Below are positions 11,901 through 26,900 of a stretch of 64,000 bases of DNA, piece by piece; positions within the stretch are counted from its first letter, which is position 1; the number at the start of each line of letters is the position of its first letter. The stretch comes from Daphnia carinata (lineage: Eukaryota): NCBI RefSeq assembly GCF_022539665.2, contig NC_081332.1, forward strand, positions 2,542,001-2,606,000, written 5' to 3'. Below the pieces are notes generated by a model. The model searched no databases. It had not been told where the DNA came from and saw only the letters and a program-made list of their open reading frames with translations. The translations under genes were made by a program, and so were the position numbers.

Positions 11901-14900
11901 TTGAGCAATGTGTCCGTTGTAAGATTTATTTTCTATATTGGCATAATAGTATTGTTAGAAAATCATGAATTGTTTTCTTCCTTTTAGGTTTTTGACTTCG
12001 TTTAATGTTGTGGCTGAATTGGACAATGAGAGATTGAATCAACAACATATCAAGTGGGCAGCTCATGGTCAAACTCGTTTGGCATAAAGGTATCATTTAA
12101 TTGGGAATATTTGTTCATGTCAATACAAGTATTTGCATAGGTTTTCTTCATAGGGGCTTTAGCACCAAACATTTTTTCTTCTTTAGGGTTTGTTAGATAA
12201 GGGTGGAGGCAGCTTTAACAATTTAGATCTAGCACCTATTAGACTGGTGGTGTTGGCCCCGTGAATCTTATCGTCTTCAAGCTGGGTGAAAAAACAATGA
12301 GTATTTAGTTATCAAAATTACCTGAGGCATGTGCAAATATTCAAATAATTCTTCGTTGAAGTTCAGTTGGTTTCGTGCAACATCCTCACAAAAATGCAAC
12401 AAGACTTAACAAATAGAGCATATAGATGCAGTGTCGATCTGTACCAGTGAGTACCAGAGTAATGTGACAAGCATTCATGATGGTGATTAATCTTCACACA
12501 GCTAACATTTAGTTGGTACTATTATATGTTTTATAAATTCAGTTATAATTTAATTCAGCTTGTTATTTAGTGGAATATAATTTATTTCAGTTTTTCTGAT
12601 GCAGTTTGGAAGCCACTTGGAGTAAACCTTTCGTCAGTTACTCACAAAAAAGATTGGCAAATCTGGTCCTGAGAGATCACTTTTTTTGTCAAGGAAATAC
12701 TGGAAATTGGTATTGAAAAGGTCATTAACAGAAAATTTTTGTATTTAATCAGTTTATTCTTATATTTAACATGGTTGTTCAGAAATGCCATGGAATCTAA
12801 AAGCACTTGACAAAAAAAACATTTTGATTGTTCTCGTACCTGCATTAGATCGAAATTGCTTGTCCAATGGTACCAATTCATTAATGAAAACAATCTATTA
12901 GACAAAAATGTATGATTGACTGATCATCATCTGTGTAAATTTATATATAATTCTTATAATTCTAGGTATTCAACCATGGCATGTTGACCAGCTATTCTGC
13001 GGAGTGAAAATCTACTTGACAGTGTTCAACCAGTTAAGTAGCTGAATAGCTATGAAACACAACCAATCCAGGAACTGAGTGTGTTGAACAACCACACTTA
13101 TCTTGGAGAGCTGCAGAAAGAGAATGGAACATTACCCTGCCAAACACCTGCTTCCAAATGGTAGTTTTAATTATTTGTTTTTACAAGATATATTCAGTCA
13201 ATTCTTCGAAAAACTGTTCTTTTTCACAGGTCAATGGCAGGGGTCTTATTCACTGTCTGATGAATTTAACTTTAAACAAGATATTGCTTTTGATTACCTC
13301 TGCTGGTAACTTTTATATTCCTAGTTAAGATATGGCTTTCATCAAAAAGGGTTGAAACTAACATCTAACTTTTTTTTCTTCTTCTCCAAAGAGCTGCTTA
13401 GGAAGTTAGCTAGAGTGACGAAGATGTGTCATCACAGCAGAATAAGTGTAAAAAGCAAGTTGTTCAGCAAAATGAGTGCCTTGCATTATTTACCACTATT
13501 TTACGATATTGAGCTGATGATACCTGGTAAACCTGCAATTTGTTTTTATGTAGACTTCATGGTTTTTGAGTTATGTCCAAAATAAAAGTAGGTACGATAG
13601 AAATTTAAGGCCCGAAAGAACAATAAGCCCGACTTTTAACTAAAAAATTATTATCAATAAAACTAGATAATTATACATGATTTAGATGCTAAATTTAACA
13701 AGAATCACGAATATGAAATTAGTTTTTATGTAGACTTTATGGTTTTTGAGTTATTTTAAATATAAAAGTAGGTACGATAGAAATTTAAGGCCCGAACAAA
13801 CAATAAGCCCGACTTTTAACTAAAAAAATATTATCAATAAAATTAGAAAACTATATATGATTTAGATGCTAAATTTAACAAGAATCACGAATATGAAATT
13901 CGTTTTTTTGTAGAATTTATGGTTTTTGAGTTATTTTAAATATAAAAGTAGGTACGATAGACATTTAAGGCCCGAAAAAACAATAAGCCCGACTTTTAGT
14001 TAAAAAATTATTATCGATAAAACTAGATAACTATATGTGATTTAGATGCTAAATTTAACAAGAATCACGAATATGAAATTTGTTTGTATGTAGACTTAAT
14101 GGTTTTTGAGTTATTTTAAATATAAAAGTAGGTACGATAGAAATTTAAGGCCCGAAAAAAAACAATAAGCCCGACTTTTACCTAAAAAATATTATCAATA
14201 AAACTAGATAACTATATACGATTTAGATGCTAAATTTAACAAGAATCCCGAATTTGAAATTAGTTTTTATGTAGACTTTCTGGTTTTTGAGTTATTTTAA
14301 ATATAAAGTAGGTACGATAGAAATTTAAGGCCCGATTCCCGAACGCTGTGATGTTCGTTTTCTGTGTTTTCAGAATAAGTTTTCCTATGTTAAGCATCCA
14401 TATTTTTGAAGAAAGTGATGATGGTTTGTTTCGCAGAGGAATCGTTTAATTTTCTTTTTTTCTCGTATTCCCCGAAAGAAACTAAGAAATCCAATGAGGA
14501 ACGAACAGCACACAGGGTGTTGTCGAAGAGGAACACGTAGTCTAGATTATGAGAACAAATTTGAAATTCTAGACAATGCTCTTGAGCAATGTGTCCGTTG
14601 TAAGATTTATTTTCTATATTGGCATAATAGTATTGTTAGAAAATCATGAATTGTTTTCTTCCTTTTAGGTTTTTGACTTCGTTTAATGTTGTGGCTGAAT
14701 TGGACAATGAGAGATTGAATCAACAACATATCAAGTGGGCAGCTCATGGTCAAACTCGTTTGGCATAAAGGTATCATTTAATTGGGAATATTTGTTCATG
14801 TCAATACAAGTATTTGCATAGGTTTTCTTCATAGGGGCTTTAGCACCAAACATTTTTTCTTCTTTAGGGTTTGTTAGATAAGGGTGGAGGCAGCTTTAAC

Positions 14901-17900
14901 AATTTAGATCTAGCACCTATTAGACTGGTGGTGTTGGCCCCGTGAATCTTATCGTCTTCAAGCTGGGTGAAAAAACAATGAGTATTTAGTTATCAAAATT
15001 ACCTGAGGCATGTGCAAATATTCAAATAATTCTTCGTTGAAGTTCAGTTGGTTTCGTGCAACATCCTCACAAAAATGCAACAAGACTTAACAAATAGAGC
15101 ATATAGATGCAGTGTCGATCTGTACCAGTGAGTACCAGAGTAATGTGACAAGCATTCATGATGGTGATTAATCTTCACACAGCTAACATTTAGTTGGTAC
15201 TATTATATGTTTTATAAATTCAGTTATAATTTAATTCAGCTTGTTATTTAGTGGAATATAATTTATTTCAGTTTTTCTGATGCAGTTTGGAAGCCACTTG
15301 GAGTAAACCTTTCGTCAGTTACTCACAAAAAAAGATTGGCAAATCTGGTCCTGAGAGATCACTTTTTTTTGTCAAGGAAATACTGGAAATTGGTATTGAA
15401 AAGGTCATTAACAGAAAATTTTTGTATTTAATCAGTTTATTCTTATATTTAACATGGTTGTTCAGAAATGCCATGGAATCTAAAAGCACTTGACAAAAAA
15501 ACATTTTGATTGTTCTCGTACCTGCATTAGATCGAAATTGCTTGTCCAATGGTACCAATTCATTAATGAAAACAATCTATTAGACAAAAATGTATGATTG
15601 ACTGATCATCATCTGTGTAAATTTATATATAATTCTTATAATTCTAGGTATTCAACCATGGCATGTTGACCAGCTATCTGCGGAGTGAAAATCTACTTGA
15701 CAGTGTTCAACCAGTTAAGTAGCTGAATAGCTATGAAACACAACCAATCCAGGAACTGAGTGTGTTGAACAACCACACTTATCTTGGAGAGCTGCAGAAA
15801 GAGAATGGAACATTACCCTGCCAAACACCTGCTTCCAAATGGTAGTTTTAATTATTTGTTTTTACAAGATATATTCAGTCAATTCTTCGAAAAACTGTTC
15901 TTTTTCACAGGTCAATGGCAGGGGTCTTATTCACTGTCTGATGAATTTAACTTTAAACAAGATATTGCTTTTGATTACCTCTGCTGGTAACTTTTATATT
16001 CCTAGTTAAGATGTGGCTTTCATCAAAAAGGGTTGAAACTAACATCTAACTTTTTTTTCTTCTTCTCCAAAGAGCTGCTTAGGAAGTTAGCTAGAGTGAC
16101 GAAGATGTGTCATCACAGCAGAATAAGTGTAAAAAGCAAGTTGTTCAGCAAAATGAGTGCCTTGCATTATTTACCACTATTTTACGATATTGAGCTGATG
16201 ATACCTGGTAAACCTGCAATTTGTTTTTATGTAGACTTCATGGTTTTTGAGTTATGTCCAAAATAAAAGTAGGTACGATAGAAATTTAAGGCCCGAAAGA
16301 ACAATAAGCCCGACTTTTAACTAAAAAATTATTATCAATAAAACTAGATAATTATACATGATTTAGATGCTAAATTTAACAAGAATCACGAATATGAAAT
16401 TAGTTTTTATGTAGACTTTATGGTTTTTGAGTTATTTTAAATATAAAAGTAGGTACGATAGAAATTTAAGGCCCGAACAAACAATAAGCCCGACTTTTAA
16501 CTAAAAAAATATTATCAATAAAATTAGAAAACTATATATGATTTAGATGCTAAATTTAACAAGAATCACGAATATGAAATTCGTTTTTTTGTAGAATTTA
16601 TGGTTTTTGAGTTATTTTAAATATAAAAGTAGGTACGATAGACATTTAAGGCCCGAAAAAACAATAAGCCCGACTTTTAGTTAAAAAATTATTATCGATA
16701 AAACTAGATAACTATATGTGATTTAGATGCTAAATTTAACAAGAATCACGAATATGAAATTTGTTTGTATGTAGACTTAATGGTTTTTGAGTTATTTTAA
16801 ATATAAAAGTAGGTACGATAGAAATTTAAGGCCCGAAAAAAAACAATAAGCCCGACTTTTACCTAAAAAATATTATCAATAAAACTAGATAACTATATAC
16901 GATTTAGATGCTAAATTTAACAAGAATCCCGAATTTGAAATTAGTTTTTATGTAGACTTTCTGGTTTTTGAGTTATTTTAAATATAAAGTAGGTACGATA
17001 GAAATTTAAGGCCCGATTCCCGAACGCTGTGATGTTCGTTTTCTGTGTTTTCAGAATAAGTTTTCCTATGTTAAGCATCCATATTTTTGAAGAAAGTGAT
17101 GATGGTTTGTTTCGCAGAGGAATCGTTTAATTTTCTTTTTTTCTCGTATTCCCCGAAAGAAACTAAGAAATCCAATGAGGAACGAACAGCACACAGGGTG
17201 TTGTCGAAGAGGAACACGTAGTCTAGATTATGAGAACAAATTTGAAATTCTAGACAATGCTCTTGAGCAATGTGTCCGTTGTAAGATTTATTTTCTATAT
17301 TGGCATAATAGTATTGTTAGAAAATCATGAATTGTTTTCTTCCTTTTAGGTTTTTGACTTCGTTTAATGTTGTGGCTGAATTGGACAATGAGAGATTGAA
17401 TCAACAACATATCAAGTGGGCAGCTCATGGTCAAACTCGTTTGGCATAAAGGTATCATTTAATTGGGAATATTTGTTCATGTCAATACAAGTATTTGCAT
17501 AGGTTTTCTTCATAGGGGCTTTAGCACCAAACATTTTTTCTTCTTTAGGGTTTGTTAGATAAGGGTGGAGGCAGCTTTAACAATTTAGATCTAGCACCTA
17601 TTAGACTGGTGGTGTTGGCCCCGTGAATCTTATCGTCTTCAAGCTGGGTGAAAAAACAATGAGTATTTAGTTATCAAAATTACCTGAGGCATGTGCAAAT
17701 ATTCAAATAATTCTTCGTTGAAGTTCAGTTGGTTTCGTGCAACATCCTCACAAAAATGCAACAAGACTTAACAAATAGAGCATATAGATGCAGTGTCGAT
17801 CTGTACCAGTGAGTACCAGAGTAATGTGACAAGCATTCATGATGGTGATTAATCTTCACACAGCTAACATTTAGTTGGTACTATTATATGTTTTATAAAT

Positions 17901-20900
17901 TCAGTTATAATTTAATTCAGCTTGTTATTTAGTGGAATATAATTTATTTCAGTTTTTCTGATGCAGTTTGGAAGCCACTTGGAGTAAACCTTTCGTCAGT
18001 TACTCACAAAAAAAGATTGGCAAATCTGGTCCTGAGAGATCACTTTTTTTGTCAAGGAAATACTGGAAATTGGTATTGAAAAGGTCATTAACAGAAAATT
18101 TTTGTATTTAATCAGTTTATTCTTATATTTAACATGGTTGTTCAGAAATGCCATGGAATCTAAAAGCACTTGACAAAAAAAACATTTTGATTGTTCTCGT
18201 ACCTGCATTAGATCGAAATTGCTTGTCCAATGGTACCAATTCATTAATGAAAACAATCTATTAGACAAAAATGTATGATTGACTGATCATCATCTGTGTA
18301 AATTTATATATAATTCTTATAATTCTAGGTATTCAACCATGGCATGTTGACCAGCTATCTGCGGAGTGAAAATCTACTTGACAGTGTTCAACCAGTTAAG
18401 TAGCTGAATAGCTATGAAACACAACCAATCCAGGAACTGAGTGTGTTGAACAACCACACTTATCTTGGAGAGCTGCAGAAAGAGAATGGAACATTACCCT
18501 GCCAAACACCTGCTTCCAAATGGTAGTTTTAATTATTTGTTTTTACAAGATATATTCAGTCAATTCTTCGAAAAACTGTTCTTTTTCACAGGTCAATGGC
18601 AGGGGTCTTATTCACTGTCTGATGAATTTAACTTTAAACAAGATATTGCTTTTGATTACCTCTGCTGGTAACTTTTATATTCCTAGTTAAGATGTGGCTT
18701 TCATCAAAAAGGGTTGAAACTAACATCTAACTTTTTTTTTCTTCTTCTCCAAAGAGCTGCTTAGGAAGTTAGCTAGAGTGACGAAGATGTGTCATCACAG
18801 CAGAATAAGTGTAAAAAGCAAGTTGTTCAGCAAAATGAGTGCCTTGCATTATTTACCACTATTTTACGATATTGAGCTGATGATACCTGGTAAACCTGCA
18901 ATTTGTTTTTATGTAGACTTCATGGTTTTTGAGTTATGTCCAAAATAAAAGTAGGTACGATAGAAATTTAAGGCCCGAAAGAACAATAAGCCCGACTTTT
19001 AACTAAAAAATTATTATCAATAAAACTAGATAATTATACATGATTTAGATGCTAAATTTAACAAGAATCACGAATATGAAATTAGTTTTTATGTAGACTT
19101 TATGGTTTTTGAGTTATTTTAAATATAAAAGTAGGTACGATAGAAATTTAAGGCCCGAACAAACAATAAGCCCGACTTTTAACTAAAAAAATATTATCAA
19201 TAAAATTAGAAAACTATATATGATTTAGATGCTAAATTTAACAAGAATCACGAATATGAAATTCGTTTTTTTGTAGAATTTATGGTTTTTGAGTTATTTT
19301 AAATATAAAAGTAGGTACGATAGACATTTAAGGCCCGAAAAAACAATAAGCCCGACTTTTAGTTAAAAAATTATTATCGATAAAACTAGATAACTATATG
19401 TGATTTAGATGCTAAATTTAACAAGAATCACGAATATGAAATTTGTTTGTATGTAGACTTAATGGTTTTTGAGTTATTTTAAATATAAAAGTAGGTACGA
19501 TAGAAATTTAAGGCCCGAAAAAAAACAATAAGCCCGACTTTTACCTAAAAAATATTATCAATAAAACTAGATAACTATATACGATTTAGATGCTAAATTT
19601 AACAAGAATCCCGAATTTGAAATTAGTTTTTATGTAGACTTTCTGGTTTTTGAGTTATTTTAAATATAAAGTAGGTACGATAGAAATTTAAGGCCCGATT
19701 CCCGAACGCTGTGATGTTCGTTTTCTGTGTTTTCAGAATAAGTTTTCCTATGTTAAGCATCCATATTTTTGAAGAAAGTGATGATGGTTTGTTTCGCAGA
19801 GGAATCGTTTAATTTTCTTTTTTTCTCGTATTCCCCGAAAGAAACTAAGAAATCCAATGAGGAACGAACAGCACACAGGGTGTTGTCGAAGAGGAACACG
19901 TAGTCTAGATTATGAGAACAAATTTGAAATTCTAGACAATGCTCTTGAGCAATGTGTCCGTTGTAAGATTTATTTTCTATATTGGCATAATAGTATTGTT
20001 AGAAAATCATGAATTGTTTTCTTCCTTTTAGGTTTTTGACTTCGTTTAATGTTGTGGCTGAATTGGACAATGAGAGATTGAATCAACAACATATCAAGTG
20101 GGCAGCTCATGGTCAAACTCGTTTGGCATAAAGGTATCATTTAATTGGGAATATTTGTTCATGTCAATACAAGTATTTGCATAGGTTTTCTTCATAGGGG
20201 CTTTAGCACCAAACATTTTTTCTTCTTTAGGGTTTGTTAGATAAGGGTGGAGGCAGCTTTAACAATTTAGATCTAGCACCTATTAGACTGGTGGTGTTGG
20301 CCCCGTGAATCTTATCGTCTTCAAGCTGGGTGAAAAAACAATGAGTATTTAGTTATCAAAATTACCTGAGGCATGTGCAAATATTCAAATAATTCTTCGT
20401 TGAAGTTCAGTTGGTTTCGTGCAACATCCTCACAAAAATGCAACAAGACTTAACAAATAGAGCATATAGATGCAGTGTCGATCTGTACCAGTGAGTACCA
20501 GAGTAATGTGACAAGCATTCATGATGGTGATTAATCTTCACACAGCTAACATTTAGTTGGTACTATTATATGTTTTATAAATTCAGTTATAATTTAATTC
20601 AGCTTGTTATTTAGTGGAATATAATTTATTTCAGTTTTTCTGATGCAGTTTGGAAGCCACTTGGAGTAAACCTTTCGTCAGTTACTCACAAAAAAAGATT
20701 GGCAAATCTGGTCCTGAGAGATCACTTTTTTTGTCAAGGAAATACTGGAAATTGGTATTGAAAAGGTCATTAACAGAAAATTTTTGTATTTAATCAGTTT
20801 ATTCTTATATTTAACATGGTTGTTCAGAAATGCCATGGAATCTAAAAGCACTTGACAAAAAAAACATTTTGATTGTTCTCGTACCTGCATTAGATCGAAA

Positions 20901-23900
20901 TTGCTTGTCCAATGGTACCAATTCATTAATGAAAACAATCTATTAGACAAAAATGTATGATTGACTGATCATCATCTGTGTAAATTTATATATAATTCTT
21001 ATAATTCTAGGTATTCAACCATGGCATGTTGACCAGCTATCTGCGGAGTGAAAATCTACTTGACAGTGTTCAACCAGTTAAGTAGCTGAATAGCTATGAA
21101 ACACAACCAATCCAGGAACTGAGTGTGTTGAACAACCACACTTATCTTGGAGAGCTGCAGAAAGAGAATGGAACATTACCCTGCCAAACACCTGCTTCCA
21201 AATGGTAGTTTTAATTATTTGTTTTTACAAGATATATTCAGTCAATTCTTCGAAAAACTGTTCTTTTTCACAGGTCAATGGCAGGGGTCTTATTCACTGT
21301 CTGATGAATTTAACTTTAAACAAGATATTGCTTTTGATTACCTCTGCTGGTAACTTTTATATTCCTAGTTAAGATGTGGCTTTCATCAAAAAGGGTTGAA
21401 ACTAACATCTAACTTTTTTTTCTTCTTCTCCAAAGAGCTGCTTAGGAAGTTAGCTAGAGTGACGAAGATGTGTCATCACAGCAGAATAAGTGTAAAAAGC
21501 AAGTTGTTCAGCAAAATGAGTGCCTTGCATTATTTACCACTATTTTACGATATTGAGCTGATGATACCTGGTAAACCTGCAATTTGTTTTTATGTAGACT
21601 TCATGGTTTTTGAGTTATGTCCAAAATAAAAGTAGGTACGATAGAAATTTAAGGCCCGAAAGAACAATAAGCCCGACTTTTAACTAAAAAATTATTATCA
21701 ATAAAACTAGATAATTATACATGATTTAGATGCTAAATTTAACAAGAATCACGAATATGAAATTAGTTTTTATGTAGACTTTATGGTTTTTGAGTTATTT
21801 TAAATATAAAAGTAGGTACGATAGAAATTTAAGGCCCGAACAAACAATAAGCCCGACTTTTAACTAAAAAAATATTATCAATAAAATTAGAAAACTATAT
21901 ATGATTTAGATGCTAAATTTAACAAGAATCACGAATATGAAATTCGTTTTTTTGTAGAATTTATGGTTTTTGAGTTATTTTAAATATAAAAGTAGGTACG
22001 ATAGACATTTAAGGCCCGAAAAAACAATAAGCCCGACTTTTAGTTAAAAAATTATTATCGATAAAACTAGATAACTATATGTGATTTAGATGCTAAATTT
22101 AACAAGAATCACGAATATGAAATTTGTTTGTATGTAGACTTAATGGTTTTTGAGTTATTTTAAATATAAAAGTAGGTACGATAGAAATTTAAGGCCCGAA
22201 AAAAAACAATAAGCCCGACTTTTACCTAAAAAATATTATCAATAAAACTAGATAACTATATACGATTTAGATGCTAAATTTAACAAGAATCCCGAATTTG
22301 AAATTAGTTTTTATGTAGACTTTCTGGTTTTTGAGTTATTTTAAATATAAAGTAGGTACGATAGAAATTTAAGGCCCGATTCCCGAACGCTGTGATGTTC
22401 GTTTTCTGTGTTTTCAGAATAAGTTTTCCTATGTTAAGCATCCATATTTTTGAAGAAAGTGATGATGGTTTGTTTCGCAGAGGAATCGTTTAATTTTCTT
22501 TTTTTCTCGTATTCCCCGAAAGAAACTAAGAAATCCAATGAGGAACGAACAGCACACAGGGTGTTGTCGAAGAGGAACACGTAGTCTAGATTATGAGAAC
22601 AAATTTGAAATTCTAGACAATGCTCTTGAGCAATGTGTCCGTTGTAAGATTTATTTTCTATATTGGCATAATAGTATTGTTAGAAAATCATGAATTGTTT
22701 TCTTCCTTTTAGGTTTTTGACTTCGTTTAATGTTGTGGCTGAATTGGACAATGAGAGATTGAATCAACAACATATCAAGTGGGCAGCTCATGGTCAAACT
22801 CGTTTGGCATAAAGGTATCATTTAATTGGGAATATTTGTTCATGTCAATACAAGTATTTGCATAGGTTTTCTTCATAGGGGCTTTAGCACCAAACATTTT
22901 TTCTTCTTTAGGGTTTGTTAGATAAGGGTGGAGGCAGCTTTAACAATTTAGATCTAGCACCTATTAGACTGGTGGTGTTGGCCCCGTGAATCTTATCGTC
23001 TTCAAGCTGGGTGAAAAAACAATGAGTATTTAGTTATCAAAATTACCTGAGGCATGTGCAAATATTCAAATAATTCTTCGTTGAAGTTCAGTTGGTTTCG
23101 TGCAACATCCTCACAAAAATGCAACAAGACTTAACAAATAGAGCATATAGATGCAGTGTCGATCTGTACCAGTGAGTACCAGAGTAATGTGACAAGCATT
23201 CATGATGGTGATTAATCTTCACACAGCTAACATTTAGTTGGTACTATTATATGTTTTATAAATTCAGTTATAATTTAATTCAGCTTGTTATTTAGTGGAA
23301 TATAATTTATTTCAGTTTTTCTGATGCAGTTTGGAAGCCACTTGGAGTAAACCTTTCGTCAGTTACTCACAAAAAAAGATTGGCAAATCTGGTCCTGAGA
23401 GATCACTTTTTTTGTCAAGGAAATACTGGAAATTGGTATTGAAAAGGTCATTAACAGAAAATTTTTGTATTTAATCAGTTTATTCTTATATTTAACATGG
23501 TTGTTCAGAAATGCCATGGAATCTAAAAGCACTTGACAAAAAAAACATTTTGATTGTTCTCGTACCTGCATTAGATCGAAATTGCTTGTCCAATGGTACC
23601 AATTCATTAATGAAAACAATCTATTAGACAAAAATGTATGATTGACTGATCATCATCTGTGTAAATTTATATATAATTCTTATAATTCTAGGTATTCAAC
23701 CATGGCATGTTGACCAGCTATCTGCGGAGTGAAAATCTACTTGACAGTGTTCAACCAGTTAAGTAGCTGAATAGCTATGAAACACAACCAATCCAGGAAC
23801 TGAGTGTGTTGAACAACCACACTTATCTTGGAGAGCTGCAGAAAGAGAATGGAACATTACCCTGCCAAACACCTGCTTCCAAATGGTAGTTTTAATTATT

Positions 23901-26900
23901 TGTTTTTACAAGATATATTCAGTCAATTCTTCGAAAAACTGTTCTTTTTCACAGGTCAATGGCAGGGGTCTTATTCACTGTCTGATGAATTTAACTTTAA
24001 ACAAGATATTGCTTTTGATTACCTCTGCTGGTAACTTTTATATTCCTAGTTAAGATGTGGCTTTCATCAAAAAGGGTTGAAACTAACATCTAACTTTTTT
24101 TTCTTCTTCTCCAAAGAGCTGCTTAGGAAGTTAGCTAGAGTGACGAAGATGTGTCATCACAGCAGAATAAGTGTAAAAAGCAAGTTGTTCAGCAAAATGA
24201 GTGCCTTGCATTATTTACCACTATTTTACGATATTGAGCTGATGATACCTGGTAAACCTGCAATTTGTTTTTATGTAGACTTCATGGTTTTTGAGTTATG
24301 TCCAAAATAAAAGTAGGTACGATAGAAATTTAAGGCCCGAAAGAACAATAAGCCCGACTTTTAACTAAAAAATTATTATCAATAAAACTAGATAATTATA
24401 CATGATTTAGATGCTAAATTTAACAAGAATCACGAATATGAAATTAGTTTTTATGTAGACTTTATGGTTTTTGAGTTATTTTAAATATAAAAGTAGGTAC
24501 GATAGAAATTTAAGGCCCGAACAAACAATAAGCCCGACTTTTAACTAAAAAAATATTATCAATAAAATTAGAAAACTATATATGATTTAGATGCTAAATT
24601 TAACAAGAATCACGAATATGAAATTCGTTTTTTTGTAGAATTTATGGTTTTTGAGTTATTTTAAATATAAAAGTAGGTACGATAGACATTTAAGGCCCGA
24701 AAAAACAATAAGCCCGACTTTTAGTTAAAAAATTATTATCGATAAAACTAGATAACTATATGTGATTTAGATGCTAAATTTAACAAGAATCACGAATATG
24801 AAATTTGTTTGTATGTAGACTTAATGGTTTTTGAGTTATTTTAAATATAAAAGTAGGTACGATAGAAATTTAAGGCCCGAAAAAAAACAATAAGCCCGAC
24901 TTTTACCTAAAAAATATTATCAATAAAAAGATAACTATATATAACTATAATACGATAACTATATACGATTTAGATGCTAAATTTAACAAGAATCCCGAAT
25001 TTGAAATTAGTTTTTATGTAGACTTTCTGGTTTTTGAGTTATTTTAAATATAAAGTAGGTACGATAGAAATTTAAGGCCCGATTCCCGAACGCTGTGATG
25101 TTCGTTTTCTGTGTTTTCAGAATAAGTTTTCCTATGTTAAGCATCCATATTTTTGAAGAAAGTGATGATGGTTTGTTTCGCAGAGGAATCGTTTAATTTT
25201 CTTTTTTTCTCGTATTCCCCGAAAGAAACTAAGAAATCCAATGAGGAACGAACAGCACACAGGGTGTTGTCGAAGAGGAACACGTAGTCTAGATTATGAG
25301 AACAAATTTGAAATTCTAGACAATGCTCTTGAGCAATGTGTCCGTTGTAAGATTTATTTTCTATATTGGCATAATAGTATTGTTAGAAAATCATGAATTG
25401 TTTTCTTCCTTTTAGGTTTTTGACTTCGTTTAATGTTGTGGCTGAATTGGACAATGAGAGATTGAATCAACAACATATCAAGTGGGCAGCTCATGGTCAA
25501 ACTCGTTTGGCATAAAGGTATCATTTAATTGGGAATATTTGTTCATGTCAATACAAGTATTTGCATAGGTTTTCTTCATAGGGGCTTTAGCACCAAACAT
25601 TTTTTCTTCTTTAGGGTTTGTTAGATAAGGGTGGAGGCAGCTTTAACAATTTAGATCTAGCACCTATTAGACTGGTGGTGTTGGCCCCGTGAATCTTATC
25701 GTCTTCAAGCTGGGTGAAAAAACAATGAGTATTTAGTTATCAAAATTACCTGAGGCATGTGCAAATATTCAAATAATTCTTCGTTGAAGTTCAGTTGGTT
25801 TCGTGCAACATCCTCACAAAAATGCAACAAGACTTAACAAATAGAGCATATAGATGCAGTGTCGATCTGTACCAGTGAGTACCAGAGTAATGTGACAAGC
25901 ATTCATGATGGTGATTAATCTTCACACAGCTAACATTTAGTTGGTACTATTATATGTTTTATAAATTCAGTTATAATTTAATTCAGCTTGTTATTTAGTG
26001 GAATATAATTTATTTCAGTTTTTCTGATGCAGTTTGGAAGCCACTTGGAGTAAACCTTTCGTCAGTTACTCACAAAAAAAGATTGGCAAATCTGGTCCTG
26101 AGAGATCACTTTTTTTGTCAAGGAAATACTGGAAATTGGTATTGAAAAGGTCATTAACAGAAAATTTTTGTATTTAATCAGTTTATTCTTATATTTAACA
26201 TGGTTGTTCAGAAATGCCATGGAATCTAAAAGCACTTGACAAAAAAAACATTTTGATTGTTCTCGTACCTGCATTAGATCGAAATTGCTTGTCCAATGGT
26301 ACCAATTCATTAATGAAAACAATCTATTAGACAAAAATGTATGATTGACTGATCATCATCTGTGTAAATTTATATATAATTCTTATAATTCTAGGTATTC
26401 AACCATGGCATGTTGACCAGCTATCTGCGGAGTGAAAATCTACTTGACAGTGTTCAACCAGTTAAGTAGCTGAATAGCTATGAAACACAACCAATCCAGG
26501 AACTGAGTGTGTTGAACAACCACACTTATCTTGGAGAGCTGCAGAAAGAGAATGGAACATTACCCTGCCAAACACCTGCTTCCAAATGGTAGTTTTAATT
26601 ATTTGTTTTTACAAGATATATTCAGTCAATTCTTCGAAAAACTGTTCTTTTTCACAGGTCAATGGCAGGGGTCTTATTCACTGTCTGATGAATTTAACTT
26701 TAAACAAGATATTGCTTTTGATTACCTCTGCTGGTAACTTTTATATTCCTAGTTAAGATGTGGCTTTCATCAAAAAGGGTTGAAACTAACATCTAACTTT
26801 TTTTTCTTCTTCTCCAAAGAGCTGCTTAGGAAGTTAGCTAGAGTGACGAAGATGTGTCATCACAGCAGAATAAGTGTAAAAAGCAAGTTGTTCAGCAAAA

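Noticed and set aside
24925..24965. 22-bp stuttered insertion in one macrosatellite unit (and a 2-bp anomaly at ~990-1003 in the satellite)
   Set aside because: Single-copy garbled local duplications; most likely slippage or consensus error.
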